Below, piece after piece: positions 63,948 to 64,000 of a stretch of 64,000 nt of DNA. A model generated the notes under the pieces. That model worked only from the letters and a program-made list of their open reading frames with translations, had not been told where the DNA came from and did no database searches. The position numbers were made by a program, and so were the translations under genes. Positions within the stretch are counted from its first letter, which is position 1. Each line of letters begins with the position of its first letter. Source of the stretch: Chloroflexota bacterium (GTDB lineage: Bacteria > Chloroflexota > UBA11872 > VXOZ01); contig CAXXVD010000005.1 in the NCBI GenBank assembly GCA_963662335.2, positions 96,001 through 160,000 on the forward strand. The letters are read 5' to 3'.

Positions 63948-64000
63948 ATGCTCAACTTACGGCGGCTCTACATGTTCGCCGGCGCCTTCATCGGCCTGTT
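63948..64000 (+). CDS. 5' end of a membrane protein (possibly DUF5671-like), truncated by the window
   Basis: GAGG RBS then MLNLRRLYMFAGAFIGL. Confidence 0.45.
   Translation, partial: MLNLRRLYMFAGAFIGL

Overview
High-GC bacterial chromosome segment. The gene content and order (atpZ-B-E-F-H-A-G-D-C-murA-mreB, yebC-ruvC-ruvA-ruvB, Tat lipoprotein solute-binding proteins, extended -10 promoters) suggest a Chloroflexota genome, which is an inference. It carries two tRNA genes (Lys-UUU, Leu-UAG), housekeeping and sugar-metabolism genes, and two accessory blocks. (1) Downstream of tRNA-Leu (about 13.9-25.3 kb) is a defence-island-like region: two small-protein/clan AA aspartic protease pairs around a Fic gene plus a Fic relic; an AT-richer coupled operon of m5C methyltransferase, ParB-domain protein, putative PD-(D/E)XK nuclease and Vsr (best candidate for an undescribed system); and a 1431-aa Type IIG restriction-modification enzyme. 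(2) A nine-gene minus-strand run (36.2 to 25.6 kb) joins a partner-switching/sensor-kinase module to a circularly permuted ATP-grasp, ammonium transporter, alpha-E and transglutaminase cluster. At least six short palindromic REP-like families occur. They form composite arrays, bracket single genes as direct repeats, and are translated in frame inside two proteins. No CRISPR array, integrase, transposase or prophage was recognised. All calls are by eye from motifs; no database searches were run.
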